Positions 54,631 through 64,000 of a stretch of DNA of 64,000 bases are shown here, piece after piece. Position numbers and translations under genes: made by a program. A model generated the notes under the pieces. It saw only the letters and a program-made list of their open reading frames with translations, had not been told where the DNA came from and did not search any database. How positions within the stretch are numbered: the first letter of the stretch is position 1; each line of letters begins with the position of its first letter. The stretch comes from an uncultured Pseudomonadota bacterium (GTDB lineage: Bacteria > Pseudomonadota > Alphaproteobacteria > Rs-D84 > CACZYB01): NCBI GenBank assembly GCA_902785275.1, contig CACZYB010000001.1:199884-263883 (forward strand), read 5' to 3'.

Positions 54631-55299
54631 ATGGATATTATTATGAGTTCATTAAATTATTTTGATATTGCAATTATGATACTATTTTCAATAGTTTCTT
54701 TTTCTATATATAAGATGTTAAAGCCGGAAAATAGTGATGAAAAAATGCCTTCTTATGAGGGAAAAAATGAAAAAAACACTAAAATTGTAAAGATTTTCAG
54801 AAATAAAAAATCATTACAACATTTTGTTTTAGAAATTATTAAAAATGAAAGTTTGGATTTAAAAATTCAAAAACTTACAAAATTAGAAAAAGATTTTCAT
54901 CCACAATCCTTTATGTCATGGACAAAGGATATATTCAAACTTATTTTTGACTCTTTTTATTCAAATCGTATGGAAAAAATTAAACCATTAGTTTCAAACG
55001 ATATTTATAACGAGTTTAAAAATTTTAATGATGATCTTGCATCGAAAAAGCAATCTATTATTGCTGAAATCATTCGTTTTAAAACTGTTATGATAAGGGA
55101 TGTTAATATTTCAAAGAAAAAAGTTGACATTATCCTTGAGTTTGTAACTGAACAAACTGCAGTTGTTAAAAATTCTGCTGGTAAAATAGTAAAGGGTGAT
55201 GATAACCAAATTGAAACTATAAGGGATGTTTGGTGTTTTTCAAAAGATTTTTCACAAAAAAAAGCCGGCTGGATTTTATCTAAGACAATAGAAGCTTAA
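54631..55299 (+). CDS. Tim44-like domain membrane protein
   Basis: The start was moved to the ATG at 54631. An N-terminal TM is followed by FHPQSFMSWTKDIFKLIFDSF...IRDVWCFSKD...WILSKT, typical of bacterial Tim44-like proteins. The gene is divergent from secB. Confidence 0.7.
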   Translation: MDIIMSSLNYFDIAIMILFSIVSFSIYKMLKPENSDEKMPSYEGKNEKNTKIVKIFRNKKSLQHFVLEIIKNESLDLKIQKLTKLEKDFHPQSFMSWTKDIFKLIFDSFYSNRMEKIKPLVSNDIYNEFKNFNDDLASKKQSIIAEIIRFKTVMIRDVNISKKKVDIILEFVTEQTAVVKNSAGKIVKGDDNQIETIRDVWCFSKDFSQKKAGWILSKTIEA

Positions 55300-55318
55300 G
55301 TAAGGAAAGGATTTAAAA

Positions 55319-55501
55319 ATGTTATTCGAAAGAAAAATTACACTTGGAAGTTCAAGAAGAAGAACAAACTTTTCAAAGAAAAAGATTTTCGGTTTAATTG
55401 CTGTTATTGTGCTTCTTTTTCTATCTATTTGGCAAATGCCAATAAAACAAACAGAAGTTTCAGAAAATGTTGCACTACCAAAGCCAACTGAAATAAAATA
55501 A
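55319..55501 (+). CDS. Possible small single-TM protein
   Basis: 60-aa ORF, RBS AAGGAAAGGA, one TM. No homology cue. Confidence 0.35.
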   Translation: MLFERKITLGSSRRRTNFSKKKIFGLIAVIVLLFLSIWQMPIKQTEVSENVALPKPTEIK

Positions 55502-55578
55502 TTTTATCTTTTTTCTGTTTACAATATTATTTTCCTATGCTAGATTCCTTATATATTAACTCCAATAAGGATAATAAA

Positions 55579-56148
55579 ATGGCATATACAAATTTTTCAG
55601 AATTAAAAATAGATCTTTCCTCTAAAATGGCAAAGGCTGTTGAAGTATTAAAACGTGATTTAGCTGGCTTAAGAACTGGCCGTGCATCCGTAAACCTTCT
55701 TGATAATATCATGGTAATGGCTTATGGTGCACCAACACCAATTAATCAAGTTGCAAGTATTTCTACACCAGAAGCGAGACTTATTTGCGTATCTGTATGG
55801 GATAAATCATTGGCATCTGCTGTGGAAAAGGCAATTCGTGATTCTGATCTTGGTTTAAATCCTGCATCTGATGGTACACTTGTTCGTATTCCAATACCTG
55901 CACTTACAGAAGAGAGAAGAAAAGAACTTTCTAAAATTGCAAGCGGTTATACAGAACAAACAAAAGTTTCAATTAGAAACGTTCGTCGTGATGGTATGGA
56001 AGCTGTTAAATCTATGGAAAAAGAAAAACTTATTTCTGAAGATGATAAAAAATCATATGAAGAAGAAATTCAAAAATTAACAGATTCATCTATTGCTGAT
56101 GCAGAAAAGCTTTTCGATGAAAAACAAAAAGATATTATGACTATATAA
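55579..56148 (+). CDS. frr: Ribosome recycling factor
   Basis: The start was moved to the ATG at 55579. LKRDLAGLRTGRASVNLLDNI...IPIPALTEERRKEL...IRNVRRD. Confidence 0.92.
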   Translation: MAYTNFSELKIDLSSKMAKAVEVLKRDLAGLRTGRASVNLLDNIMVMAYGAPTPINQVASISTPEARLICVSVWDKSLASAVEKAIRDSDLGLNPASDGTLVRIPIPALTEERRKELSKIASGYTEQTKVSIRNVRRDGMEAVKSMEKEKLISEDDKKSYEEEIQKLTDSSIADAEKLFDEKQKDIMTI

Positions 56149-56160
56149 TTTTGGTGCACT

Positions 56161-56871
56161 ATGGAAGAAAATTTAAAAATTCCTGGACATATTGCCATTA
56201 TTATGGATGGTAATGGTCGTTGGGCAAAAAAGAAGGGTTTGGCACGTACTGTTGGGCACACTAACGGTGCAAAGGCTTTACAACGCACAATAGAAGCATG
56301 TAAAAAATTTGGTGTAAAAACCTTAACTGTTTATGCTTTTTCAACTGAAAATTGGTCTCGTCCAAAGGAAGAGGTTGATTTTCTTATGAAATTATTTTTA
56401 AATTATCTTACTAAACAATCAAAAAAGCTTATTGAAAATAAAATAAAATTCAATGTGTTGGGTGATAAGTTAAGATTTTCTCCTGAAATTCAAAATGCGA
56501 TGAAAAAGCTGGAATCTGATACCCAAAACTTTACTGAATTTACACTTAATGTTGCGTTAAATTATGGTGGTCATGCCGAAATTATCAAGGCGACAAAGGA
56601 AATTGCTGAAGATTTAAAATCTGGTAAGATTTCAGTCGATGATATTGATGAAAAGTTATTTGAATCTCATCTTTATACTTGTGGGCAGTTACCACCAGAT
56701 TTAATTATTCGTACCAGTGGTGAACAACGTTTAAGTGGTTTTTTATTATGGCAAAGTTCTTACTCTGAATTTTATTTCCCATCAGTTCATTTTCCTGATT
56801 TTGATGAGAAACAATTATATATAGCAATACAAGAATATTCAAAAAGGGATAGACGTTATGGAAAAGTTTAA
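56161..56871 (+). CDS. uppS: Undecaprenyl diphosphate synthase
   Basis: GHIAIIMDGNGRWA...TVYAFSTENWSRP...IRTSGEQRLSGFLLWQSSYSEFYF. Confidence 0.92.
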   Translation: MEENLKIPGHIAIIMDGNGRWAKKKGLARTVGHTNGAKALQRTIEACKKFGVKTLTVYAFSTENWSRPKEEVDFLMKLFLNYLTKQSKKLIENKIKFNVLGDKLRFSPEIQNAMKKLESDTQNFTEFTLNVALNYGGHAEIIKATKEIAEDLKSGKISVDDIDEKLFESHLYTCGQLPPDLIIRTSGEQRLSGFLLWQSSYSEFYFPSVHFPDFDEKQLYIAIQEYSKRDRRYGKV

Positions 56872-57715
56872 GAATTTTTTTATTGGAACAAATAAAAGAT
56901 TAAGAATGACAACTGCTGCATTTATGCTTGGTATAGCGTATTTGTTCTCAAGTTTTGGTTTCATTGGTTTATGTTCATTAATAATACTTATAAGTTCTCT
57001 TATGATATATGAATTTAATAAACTATTTAACCCAAAGCTTGGTTTAAAATTTATTTGGGATGAATTTAGTATCTTAAGCATTTTAATTTTATTCTGCATC
57101 AACAGGGTTATTTGGCAAATTCCAAATTACTATTTTTCAATTGCTTTGGTTGGTTTATTTTGTTCATCAATGCTCGCAAACATTGCATCAGATAAAAAGC
57201 ATTGGTTATTGGAAAGTGTAACACCTATATATATAGGCTTTGGTGTTATGTCAATTCTTTACGCATACCTTTATTCAAGTATTATGGCTGTTATTTATAT
57301 GTTTATAATTACCATTTCTACTGATACAGGTGCATTTTTCATTGGTTCAACTGTTGGTGGTCCAAAACTTTGGGAACGTATAAGTCCTAAAAAAACATGG
57401 AGCGGGGCAATAGGCGGTATCCTTTGTGCATTCGCATTCGGTACAACATTTATTTTAAGCCTTTTATGGAACAATAATTCCGCTGACTTCACAAATCTTT
57501 CAGTTTGGGGAGCAATAAGCTTAGCTCTTTCGTTCTCTTCACAATGTGGTGATTTGTTTGAATCATGGTTAAAACGTATTAATAAAATAAAAGATTCAAG
57601 TAACCTTATTCCAGGACACGGTGGTTTCCTTGATAGATTTGATAGTATCTTATTTGTTGCACCATTCGTTGCACTTATCCTTGCATTTGCAAAGGTTGGA
57701 TTTTTGGGTTTATAA
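56858..57715 (+). CDS. cdsA: Phosphatidate cytidylyltransferase
   Basis: SPKKTWSGAIGG...LKRINKIKDSSNLIPGHGGFLDRFDS. Confidence 0.9.
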   Translation: MEKFKNFFIGTNKRLRMTTAAFMLGIAYLFSSFGFIGLCSLIILISSLMIYEFNKLFNPKLGLKFIWDEFSILSILILFCINRVIWQIPNYYFSIALVGLFCSSMLANIASDKKHWLLESVTPIYIGFGVMSILYAYLYSSIMAVIYMFIITISTDTGAFFIGSTVGGPKLWERISPKKTWSGAIGGILCAFAFGTTFILSLLWNNNSADFTNLSVWGAISLALSFSSQCGDLFESWLKRINKIKDSSNLIPGHGGFLDRFDSILFVAPFVALILAFAKVGFLGL

Positions 57716-57742
57716 TTTGTAATTAAAATTTTATAAATAAAA

Positions 57743-57766
57743 AGCCTCCTGTTTAGGAGGTTTTTT
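57743..57766 (+). terminator. Rho-independent terminator after cdsA
   Basis: AGCCTCCT-GTTT-AGGAGGTT followed by TTTTTT. Confidence 0.75.
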
Positions 57767-57961
57767 AATTCAAATCCGGCTTTTATTTTGTTTTTTCAAG
57801 ATTTTTTCTTAATTTTTTTAATCGTTTATCTTTCATAATCTTATTATTAACCTTTTTTACAAGCTCAGTACTAATAAGATTATGATTATTATTTGGTTTT
57901 TCAATAGTTTTTTTATATAAGTAATTTATTTCTTCTTCAGTAAGATTTACTTGTTTCAAAA

Positions 57962-58342
57962 TTACCTACCTTCACGACGAAAAACTTTTGAACAAAGTGT
58001 ACAATAGTTAAATGTATTCTTATATCTACAATATTTATCATCAAAGCTAAGTTTACATTTATTTACAGCCATTTCCATTTTTGAATCCCTGTCTATACAA
58101 AGGGCATTATATTCCTTTGTTCCAATAACAGGTTCGGCATTATTCAAATCATAAGTTTTATTGTTCATACAGCGTTTACAACCGGCTTCTTCGCCAAGAT
58201 TTATATCGCCAGCACATTCTGCAATATTATAATGTGGGCAATAATTTCTGTATGATTCTATTTCAAGTTCTTTAGTTCTTCTTGCTTTGTAATTTTCAAA
58301 AAGATTAGCCATTTCTTCATCAGAAAGTCTTTCTTTATTCAT
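57962..58342 (-). CDS. Small Cys-rich protein (10 Cys), function unknown
   Basis: 126-aa ORF, 9 nt downstream of the LpoA-like gene on the same strand. Cys pairs are CKRC and CTLC, plus six further Cys. Confidence 0.55.
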   Translation of the reverse strand: MNKERLSDEEMANLFENYKARRTKELEIESYRNYCPHYNIAECAGDINLGEEAGCKRCMNNKTYDLNNAEPVIGTKEYNALCIDRDSKMEMAVNKCKLSFDDKYCRYKNTFNYCTLCSKVFRREGR

Positions 58343-58351
58343 TTTATTACC

Positions 58352-59923
58352 TTAGTATTGTAAAAAATTTACAGGGGCAGGGGAGATAACCTTTGATTTA
58401 GTAACACTTCCACCTACAACTTCTTTAATATCCATATTTCTTTCACTTGAACCGTTTGATTTGAAACGGAAAATTCCATTTATACCGGTCCATCCGTTTG
58501 GATTAAGTAAATCACGTCTTTCAACTTCACCATCTTTTGCTAAAGAATTTATCAAAGACACTGCATCATAAGCAAGGGATGCAATCTTAATTGGTTGTCT
58601 TTTGAAATACTTTTTATATGCTTCATCAAATTTTCCGGTGTATTTTGTTGAAACAGATGGATACCATGCCCCACGGAAAGCACGTTCATTGTAAATTTTT
58701 GGATTTTCAAGTTGTGATGTACCAAGATATTTTATTTTATCTGGATGAACATCATAATACATCAAAGAAGAACCAATCATTAAAACATCATTTACATCAT
58801 CACCAAAAATAAAGATACCCTCGTATTCTGGATCAGATATTGTTGTTTTATGTTCCAATTCTTCCAATGTCTTTTCCAAAAAAGAAACTTCATCATCTGT
58901 TGAAAGGTATTGAGTATCATCAAAAGCATTTGCATACTTTTCACTATCTTTATCTTTAAGTTTTGTAAGGTAATCAAATCTATCTTTCACAGATTTTTTA
59001 TATTCGTTATATTCCTTTACTCTGTTTTCAAAGTCAGAAACTTCCTTTACCGCATTCATAAGTCCAGTTTTTTTATCAGAGTAAGATGCTTCTTTTACTA
59101 CTTCCGCATCATTCATTGAAACATATTTTTTAAAGTTTTTTCTTGCAAAATCGCCGGATTCTGAATTAGAAGCAATCACGGCAAATTTTGTTTTTCCACT
59201 TTGTACAGCATATTCAACAACTCTTTTTATCTGTTGTTCCATCAAAAATCCGATAGAGAAAATCGAACTATCCAAAACATTTGCATCAGTTGTAAAAGAA
59301 ACTATAGGTGTACTACCGGCACCATTACTTGCACCTTTTACTTCTTCTGCAAATAAAGGTCCAACAATTATATCAGCACCATCATTAACGGCTTTCTTTG
59401 CCTTTTCTTTACCACTAGCATATGTTCCGTCAGTTGCATAAAATTGTAAAATAGTGTTATTTGATTTTGCATCAAACAAAGCCATAGTTGCCGAGTTTTT
59501 TAAATCTTCTGCAACAACAGCATTTTGTTTTTGTGTAGGAAGAAGTACGGCAATTCTTAAAATACCATCATCTTGTTCAATAACTTCTTCTTTTTGTGGA
59601 ATTGCATCACTTACAGAAACCACTTCTTCGTATACATAGTTAGATGAAGGATAGTTTATTTGTTTAACTTCAACCTTTGGTTCAACATTATTTTTGTTTG
59701 AAAAATCGAAAAGCTTTCTTATTGGTTCACCGCCATTGTAACGAACATATTCGTTTTCAATATTTTCCCTTTCTACTTCATAAACAGGTGCATTTCTTTT
59801 AATTTCACCTAATTGAAGCTTCTTTGGTTTATTTATCGCTCTTGGAACTCTGTTTGAAGTAGAACAAGCAGATGCCAATATCAAAGTAGTCAAAGATACA
59901 TTTTTTAATAATTTGTTAAACAT
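58352..59923 (-). CDS. LpoA-like / periplasmic-binding-fold lipoprotein (penicillin-binding protein activator-like)
   Basis: The start was moved to the ATG at 59923. Lipobox LILASAC. The type-I periplasmic binding fold pattern is RIAVLLP...DGADIIVGPL...FAVIAS. The gene is divergent from rsmI, as lpoA is in enterics. Confidence 0.65.
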   Translation of the reverse strand: MFNKLLKNVSLTTLILASACSTSNRVPRAINKPKKLQLGEIKRNAPVYEVERENIENEYVRYNGGEPIRKLFDFSNKNNVEPKVEVKQINYPSSNYVYEEVVSVSDAIPQKEEVIEQDDGILRIAVLLPTQKQNAVVAEDLKNSATMALFDAKSNNTILQFYATDGTYASGKEKAKKAVNDGADIIVGPLFAEEVKGASNGAGSTPIVSFTTDANVLDSSIFSIGFLMEQQIKRVVEYAVQSGKTKFAVIASNSESGDFARKNFKKYVSMNDAEVVKEASYSDKKTGLMNAVKEVSDFENRVKEYNEYKKSVKDRFDYLTKLKDKDSEKYANAFDDTQYLSTDDEVSFLEKTLEELEHKTTISDPEYEGIFIFGDDVNDVLMIGSSLMYYDVHPDKIKYLGTSQLENPKIYNERAFRGAWYPSVSTKYTGKFDEAYKKYFKRQPIKIASLAYDAVSLINSLAKDGEVERRDLLNPNGWTGINGIFRFKSNGSSERNMDIKEVVGGSVTKSKVISPAPVNFLQY

Positions 59924-59984
59924 ATTTCTCGCTTTTCCCATAAAATGTGTTATTATAAGTTTATGATAGAACAAGGTTTCAAAT

Positions 59985-60851
59985 ATGACAAGCAAAATAA
60001 CAGAAAATAATAAAAATATTTTACGTGCTGGGCTTTATATTGTCGCAACACCTATTGGAAATTTGGGGGATATAACCTTTCGTGCAGTTGAAACATTAAC
60101 AAATGTTGATTTAATTGCGTGTGAAGACACCAGAGTTTCAAAGATTCTTTTGGATAAATACGGTATAAAAACTCCAACAACAAGTGTTCATAATTATAAC
60201 GAAAGCGACAGAATTGACTTTCTTAAATCCAAAATTGATGAAGGACAAGCAGTTGCTTTTATCTCTGATGCTGGAACTCCACTTATTTCCGATCCAGGGT
60301 ATAAAGTTTCAAGCCTTCTTCGCTCCCTTGGGTATTATGTTACAATAGTACCAGGCGCATCCGCCCCAATTGCGGGTCTTGTCCTTTCTGGTTTCCCAAG
60401 TGATAGATTTATGTTTATAGGTTTTGTTCCAACAAAAAGTAATGAAAAGACAGGGTTTTTTAATGAAGTAAAAAATGAACGTGCAACTGTTATCTTCTTT
60501 GAAAGTCCAAATCGCATCACTGAAACTTTGGAAACTCTTGATAAAATTTTTGGTGATAGGAAGATTTCTTTGGTCCGTGAAATAACAAAGATTTATGAAG
60601 AGGTAAAAACTGGTACAGCCCAAGAATTACTTTCTTATTTCAAAACAAATCCACCAAAGGGTGAATTTGTTGGCTTGATTTCTCCAACAGAAAATTCTTC
60701 TGATGTTGATGAGGGGAAAATAAAATCGCAACTTCAAACTCTTTTAAAATACATGAGTTTAAAGGATGCAAGTGAATTTATTTCATCAACATTTGAAATC
60801 TCAAAAAAAACAGTATATAATATAGGCTTAGAAATAAAAAAGGAGGATTAA
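59985..60851 (+). CDS. rsmI: 16S rRNA 2'-O-methyltransferase RsmI
   Basis: LYIVATPIGNLGDITFRAVETL...IACEDTR...ISDAGTPLISDPG. Confidence 0.88.
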   Translation: MTSKITENNKNILRAGLYIVATPIGNLGDITFRAVETLTNVDLIACEDTRVSKILLDKYGIKTPTTSVHNYNESDRIDFLKSKIDEGQAVAFISDAGTPLISDPGYKVSSLLRSLGYYVTIVPGASAPIAGLVLSGFPSDRFMFIGFVPTKSNEKTGFFNEVKNERATVIFFESPNRITETLETLDKIFGDRKISLVREITKIYEEVKTGTAQELLSYFKTNPPKGEFVGLISPTENSSDVDEGKIKSQLQTLLKYMSLKDASEFISSTFEISKKTVYNIGLEIKKED

Positions 60852-61439
60852 ATGAAAAAATTACTTACACTTTCTTTAATGGCATTAGCTTTTTCTTACC
60901 CTGCTTTTGCTGCATCTTCCGATGATGAAGAATTAAAGGAATTAAACGCTACTGCAAAAGAATTTGCCTCCAAACGTGCAAAAATCAATTCAACAATTGA
61001 TCTTTCTGCATTCTTTGGTGATGAAAAAGATTTAAAAATTGATGAAAAAACCTTAAAATATCTTGATAATTTTTTGGATTGCAAGGCTGATAAAACAGAA
61101 ATAGATATTCCAACAGGTGACAAAGCAACCCAAGAAATTATTGGTATGGAAAACGATAAATGTATCGTAAATACTACAATAAAAGATAAAGTTATGAAAT
61201 GTGCATTTCCAAAGGAAAAACTTTCTGATATCAGTGAATATTATAAAAAGACACTTACAAAAGGCTTTGGTGATAAATATAATATTGATTTAGATATGAA
61301 AATGCCAGAGGTTGACTTTAAAAATCTTTCCGAAGATAATCTTGATTTTGGTATAAAACTTGCATTACCAAAAATAAAGATTGATAAAGTACAATCAGAA
61401 GTTGAAAAACTTGTAAAGGATTCATGTACTAATGAGTGA
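60852..61439 (+). CDS. Secreted hypothetical protein
   Basis: Signal peptide MKKLLTLSLMALAFSYPAFA. The ATG abuts the rsmI stop. No motif recognised. Confidence 0.6.
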   Translation: MKKLLTLSLMALAFSYPAFAASSDDEELKELNATAKEFASKRAKINSTIDLSAFFGDEKDLKIDEKTLKYLDNFLDCKADKTEIDIPTGDKATQEIIGMENDKCIVNTTIKDKVMKCAFPKEKLSDISEYYKKTLTKGFGDKYNIDLDMKMPEVDFKNLSEDNLDFGIKLALPKIKIDKVQSEVEKLVKDSCTNE

Positions 61440-61914
61440 TAAAAAAGGACACATAAGACTTATTTCCACCGGTCAGGTTGCCGAAAACCGAAAGGCAAGG
61501 TTTAATTATGCAATAACCGATACTTTCGAGGCGGGATTATCCCTAACCGGTGCCGAAGTTAAAAGCTTGCGTCAGGGTAGAGCAAACATCACCGATGGTT
61601 ATGCTACCCCTGATGGAAATAGTATTATGATGAATAATATCACTATTGGAAAGTATGATAGTGAAAGTCCTTATCTTCCTCATACTGAAAAACGCCCACG
61701 TCGCCTACTTCTTAATAAGACGGAAATAAAGCGTTTAATTGGTCTTTATAATAAGGAGCATATTACCATTGTCCCACTTAAACTTTATTTTAATGATAGG
61801 GGTCTAGCAAAGCTTCTTATAGGTGTTGGTCAGGGTAAAAACCTTGTTGATAAACGTCAAACTATCAAAGAACGTGAATGGTCCCGCCAAAAGGCAAGAC
61901 TATTGAAACGATAG
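61432..61914 (+). CDS. smpB: SsrA-binding protein SmpB
   Basis: ENRKARFNYAITDTFEAGLSLTGAEVKSLR...LLLNKTEI. Confidence 0.9.
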   Translation: MSDKKGHIRLISTGQVAENRKARFNYAITDTFEAGLSLTGAEVKSLRQGRANITDGYATPDGNSIMMNNITIGKYDSESPYLPHTEKRPRRLLLNKTEIKRLIGLYNKEHITIVPLKLYFNDRGLAKLLIGVGQGKNLVDKRQTIKEREWSRQKARLLKR

Positions 61915-61927
61915 AAAATTTCTTTAC

Positions 61928-62851
61928 TTACTTTTTTTTAAATAATTGTGCCAAAGGATGTTTTTGTTCTACGGTAGATTTAAGCCTATCCGTCATAATG
62001 TGAGTATAGATTTGTGTTGTCGCAATATCTGAATGCCCAAGCATTATTTGTACTGCACGTAAATCTGCTCCACCTGCAAGAAGGTGTGACGCAAACGAAT
62101 GTCTAAATACGTGAGGCGAAACCTTTGCTGGATCAATTCCTGCGACAATCGCTATATCCTTAAGATTTTTGTAAAAAGCATCACGTGTTTGATGTCCACT
62201 GGCACTTCGTGATGGAAATAAAAATTTCGACGTTTCATTTTTTGGAATGAAAAATTCCCTTACATTTTTGTATTCTTCAAAAAGTTTTACAGCCTTTGGA
62301 TTAAGTGGAACCAAACGTTCCTTTGAGCCTTTACCCATAACTTCTATAAATTCATTTTTTATTAAAGATTTAAGTGGTAAAGAAACCAATTCACTTACAC
62401 GTAAACCAGTTGCATATAAAAGTTCCATTTGAAATTCAAGTCTTATCCCGCGGGCAGAGTGAATCTTTTTTGCCGTAGTAATCAAAAGCTCAATTTCTTC
62501 CTTTGATAAATATTTTGGAAGGGATTTTCCTATCTTTGGTGAAAAGACTCCAAATGCAGGATTTTCTTTTATTATATTTTCCGAAAGCAAGAATAAATAA
62601 AATGAATTCATTACGGAAAGCTTTCGTGCCTGTGATTTTGCCGAGTATTTATTTTCTTCTAGGTACGAAAGATATTGTTTAATATCGGCTTTCTTTGCCA
62701 ATTCCAATTTATTTATTGAACATTCATCCTTTAAAAATTTTTGGAATTCTTCTAAATCCGACGAATAAGATTTAAAGGTGTTTTGCGAAGCACCTTTTTC
62801 AGCAATCATCATTTCCAAAAAATTTCTTACATTACTTTCCATAGAAAACAT
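61928..62851 (-). CDS. xerD: Tyrosine recombinase XerD (XerC/D family)
   Basis: EKGASQNTFKSYSSDLEEF, ATGLRVSELVSL (Arg), HVFRHSFASHLL (HxxR) and LGHSDIATTQIYTH (Tyr). An alternative start lies at 62842. Confidence 0.8.
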   Translation of the reverse strand: MFSMESNVRNFLEMMIAEKGASQNTFKSYSSDLEEFQKFLKDECSINKLELAKKADIKQYLSYLEENKYSAKSQARKLSVMNSFYLFLLSENIIKENPAFGVFSPKIGKSLPKYLSKEEIELLITTAKKIHSARGIRLEFQMELLYATGLRVSELVSLPLKSLIKNEFIEVMGKGSKERLVPLNPKAVKLFEEYKNVREFFIPKNETSKFLFPSRSASGHQTRDAFYKNLKDIAIVAGIDPAKVSPHVFRHSFASHLLAGGADLRAVQIMLGHSDIATTQIYTHIMTDRLKSTVEQKHPLAQLFKKK

Positions 62852-62894
62852 TTTACAACTTTTAAGAAGTTATATCAAATAAATTATAGAAAAT

Positions 62895-62918
62895 AAAAAA
62901 GCCTGATTTTCATCAGGC
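62895..62918 (-). terminator. Terminator after fpr
   Basis: GCCTGAT-TTTC-ATCAGGC with TTTTTT following on the minus strand. Confidence 0.7.
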
Positions 62919-62926
62919 CAATTTTT

Positions 62927-63706
62927 TTAGTGTTTATCGAAATAAAGATTTCCTTTTTCTTTTACTGTATGGCGGGTAAATCCCTTTGATGTGAAAACTT
63001 CAACACTTTCATCAACCATTTTTGGATTACCACAAAGAAATACGTGGAAATCTTCAGGTTTAATCTTAACGCCGAAATCTTTTTCAACGATACCGTTTTT
63101 AATTAAATCTTGAGCATGACCCTTATATCCATTCCATACCATACCAGTTTCTTGTTCAGAACGTGAAACAACAGGATAGTAACGGAAGTAAGGAGTTTTC
63201 TTTGCAAGCTCTTCCAATTCACCCTTAAATGCAAGTTCATAAGTATGTCTTGCACCATGGATAAGAGCAACCTGTCTTTTACCATTAAATATTTTTTCTT
63301 TGTGTTCTCTAAGCATACTGATAAACGGAGCAATACCAGTACCTGTACTTACGAACAAAATATTTGAATCATCTTCTACTGCATCAAAATTCATTAATCC
63401 AGCAGGCTTTTCACCCATAAATATTTCATCGCCAATATTAAGGTTGAAAAGACGAGTAGTAAGTCTTCCATCCTTAACCAAAACAATATAAAATCCAACT
63501 TCTTCCTGACTAGGAGCAGATGCGATGGAATATGCACGTCTGTGCCATTCACCATCAAGATTGTTTGCGTCATCAGGAAGTGCAAGAACAGCAAATTGTC
63601 CAGCCTTAAATTCAAATTTGTGACCATCTTTAAAAGTTATAAAGAAAAGTCTAATTTCAGGAGTGATTTCTTTTATATTTCTAACAATTGCATTATATTG
63701 CATCAT
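62927..63706 (-). CDS. fpr: Ferredoxin-NADP+ reductase
   Basis: The start was moved to the ATG at 63706 (RBS AAGGA). RAYSIAS (RxYS FAD motif), GTGIAPFISM (NADP motif) and a LCGNP motif. Confidence 0.85.
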   Translation of the reverse strand: MMQYNAIVRNIKEITPEIRLFFITFKDGHKFEFKAGQFAVLALPDDANNLDGEWHRRAYSIASAPSQEEVGFYIVLVKDGRLTTRLFNLNIGDEIFMGEKPAGLMNFDAVEDDSNILFVSTGTGIAPFISMLREHKEKIFNGKRQVALIHGARHTYELAFKGELEELAKKTPYFRYYPVVSRSEQETGMVWNGYKGHAQDLIKNGIVEKDFGVKIKPEDFHVFLCGNPKMVDESVEVFTSKGFTRHTVKEKGNLYFDKH

Positions 63707-63904
63707 AGAATCCTTAATTTTTTTGTTAGTCGGGTAATAATAATACTTCAAATCTTTGAAAAAATCAATTGCAAAAAACAAAATAGTGTGATATACCACA
63801 AGAGTATATAAAATTTATTATAAAATCAATAAATTGACGGAACCTTTTAAAACTTTTTAAAAAGTTTCGTGTTTGTTTTTTTATAAATTTAGGGAGATAC
63901 GAAA

Positions 63905-64000
63905 ATGTTAGATAAAATACCTATGACTCCTTCTGGACTTAATAAATTAGAAGAGGAGTTGAAAAATTTAAAATATAATGAACGTCCTGCTGTGATACAG
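63905..64000 (+). CDS. greA: Transcription elongation factor GreA (5' part, runs off the right edge)
   Basis: Own translation gives MLDKIPMTPSGLNKLEEELKNLKYNERPAVIQ. RBS GGGAGA upstream. Confidence 0.8.
   Translation, partial: MLDKIPMTPSGLNKLEEELKNLKYNERPAVIQ

Noticed and set aside
57770-57959. Sub-threshold (~58-aa) Lys-rich minus-strand ORF after the 10-Cys gene, starting with TTG
   Set aside because: It has no ATG start and no clear RBS, its composition is low-complexity, and I cannot support it from sequence alone.

Overview
The window is a visibly AT-rich bacterial chromosome segment. Its gene content and synteny look alphaproteobacterial, of a reduced or host-associated type (inference only; no search was possible). 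Supporting markers:
- a Mic60/mitofilin-like gene next to a HemY_N stub
- secB next to a Tim44-like gene
- rsmG-parA-parB with a perfect parS
- virB3-virB4
- a FYDLN_acid zinc-ribbon protein
- a type-2 IleRS
- a short ProRS

Most of the window is core housekeeping: tolC-macA-macB efflux, proS, infA, dnaN, tig, rph, bamB, mnmG, ileS, uvrD-like helicase, plsC, frr-uppS-cdsA, rsmI, smpB, xerD, fpr and greA. There are five tRNAs: His, Leu, Gly, Ser and Gln.

Accessory or unusual parts, roughly in order of interest:
1. A compact ~5.5-kb integrative element sits in the 3' end of tRNA-Gly(UCC), bounded by 18-bp direct repeats (21598-27087). It carries a tyrosine integrase, a CI/Cro-like switch with three CACAT/ATGTG operators, an HUH Rep-like protein, a 0.7-kb repeat-dense ori-like region, duplicated promoter/arm motifs and unknown cargo.
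2. Two tandem, translationally coupled radical-SAM paralogs follow mnmG. Their SPASM/twitch-like cysteine motif lies N-terminal to the CX3CX2C core (32345-34395).
3. An 822-aa secreted mosaic protein has 57-bp tandem repeats, duplicated Cys modules and eukaryote-like CxxCPxGT repeats. It sits next to a GT92-like glycosyltransferase.
4. A serine recombinase lies next to a three-gene surface-protein cassette.
5. There is a candidate small RNA with its own terminator, and an ori-like box cluster beside parAB.
6. Several small Cys-rich ORFs are present, one of them translationally coupled between infA and proS.

No CRISPR array, rRNA or recognisable defence system was seen. All protein calls rest on motif recognition by eye in the supplied ORF translations. 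Start codons were re-inspected where noted.
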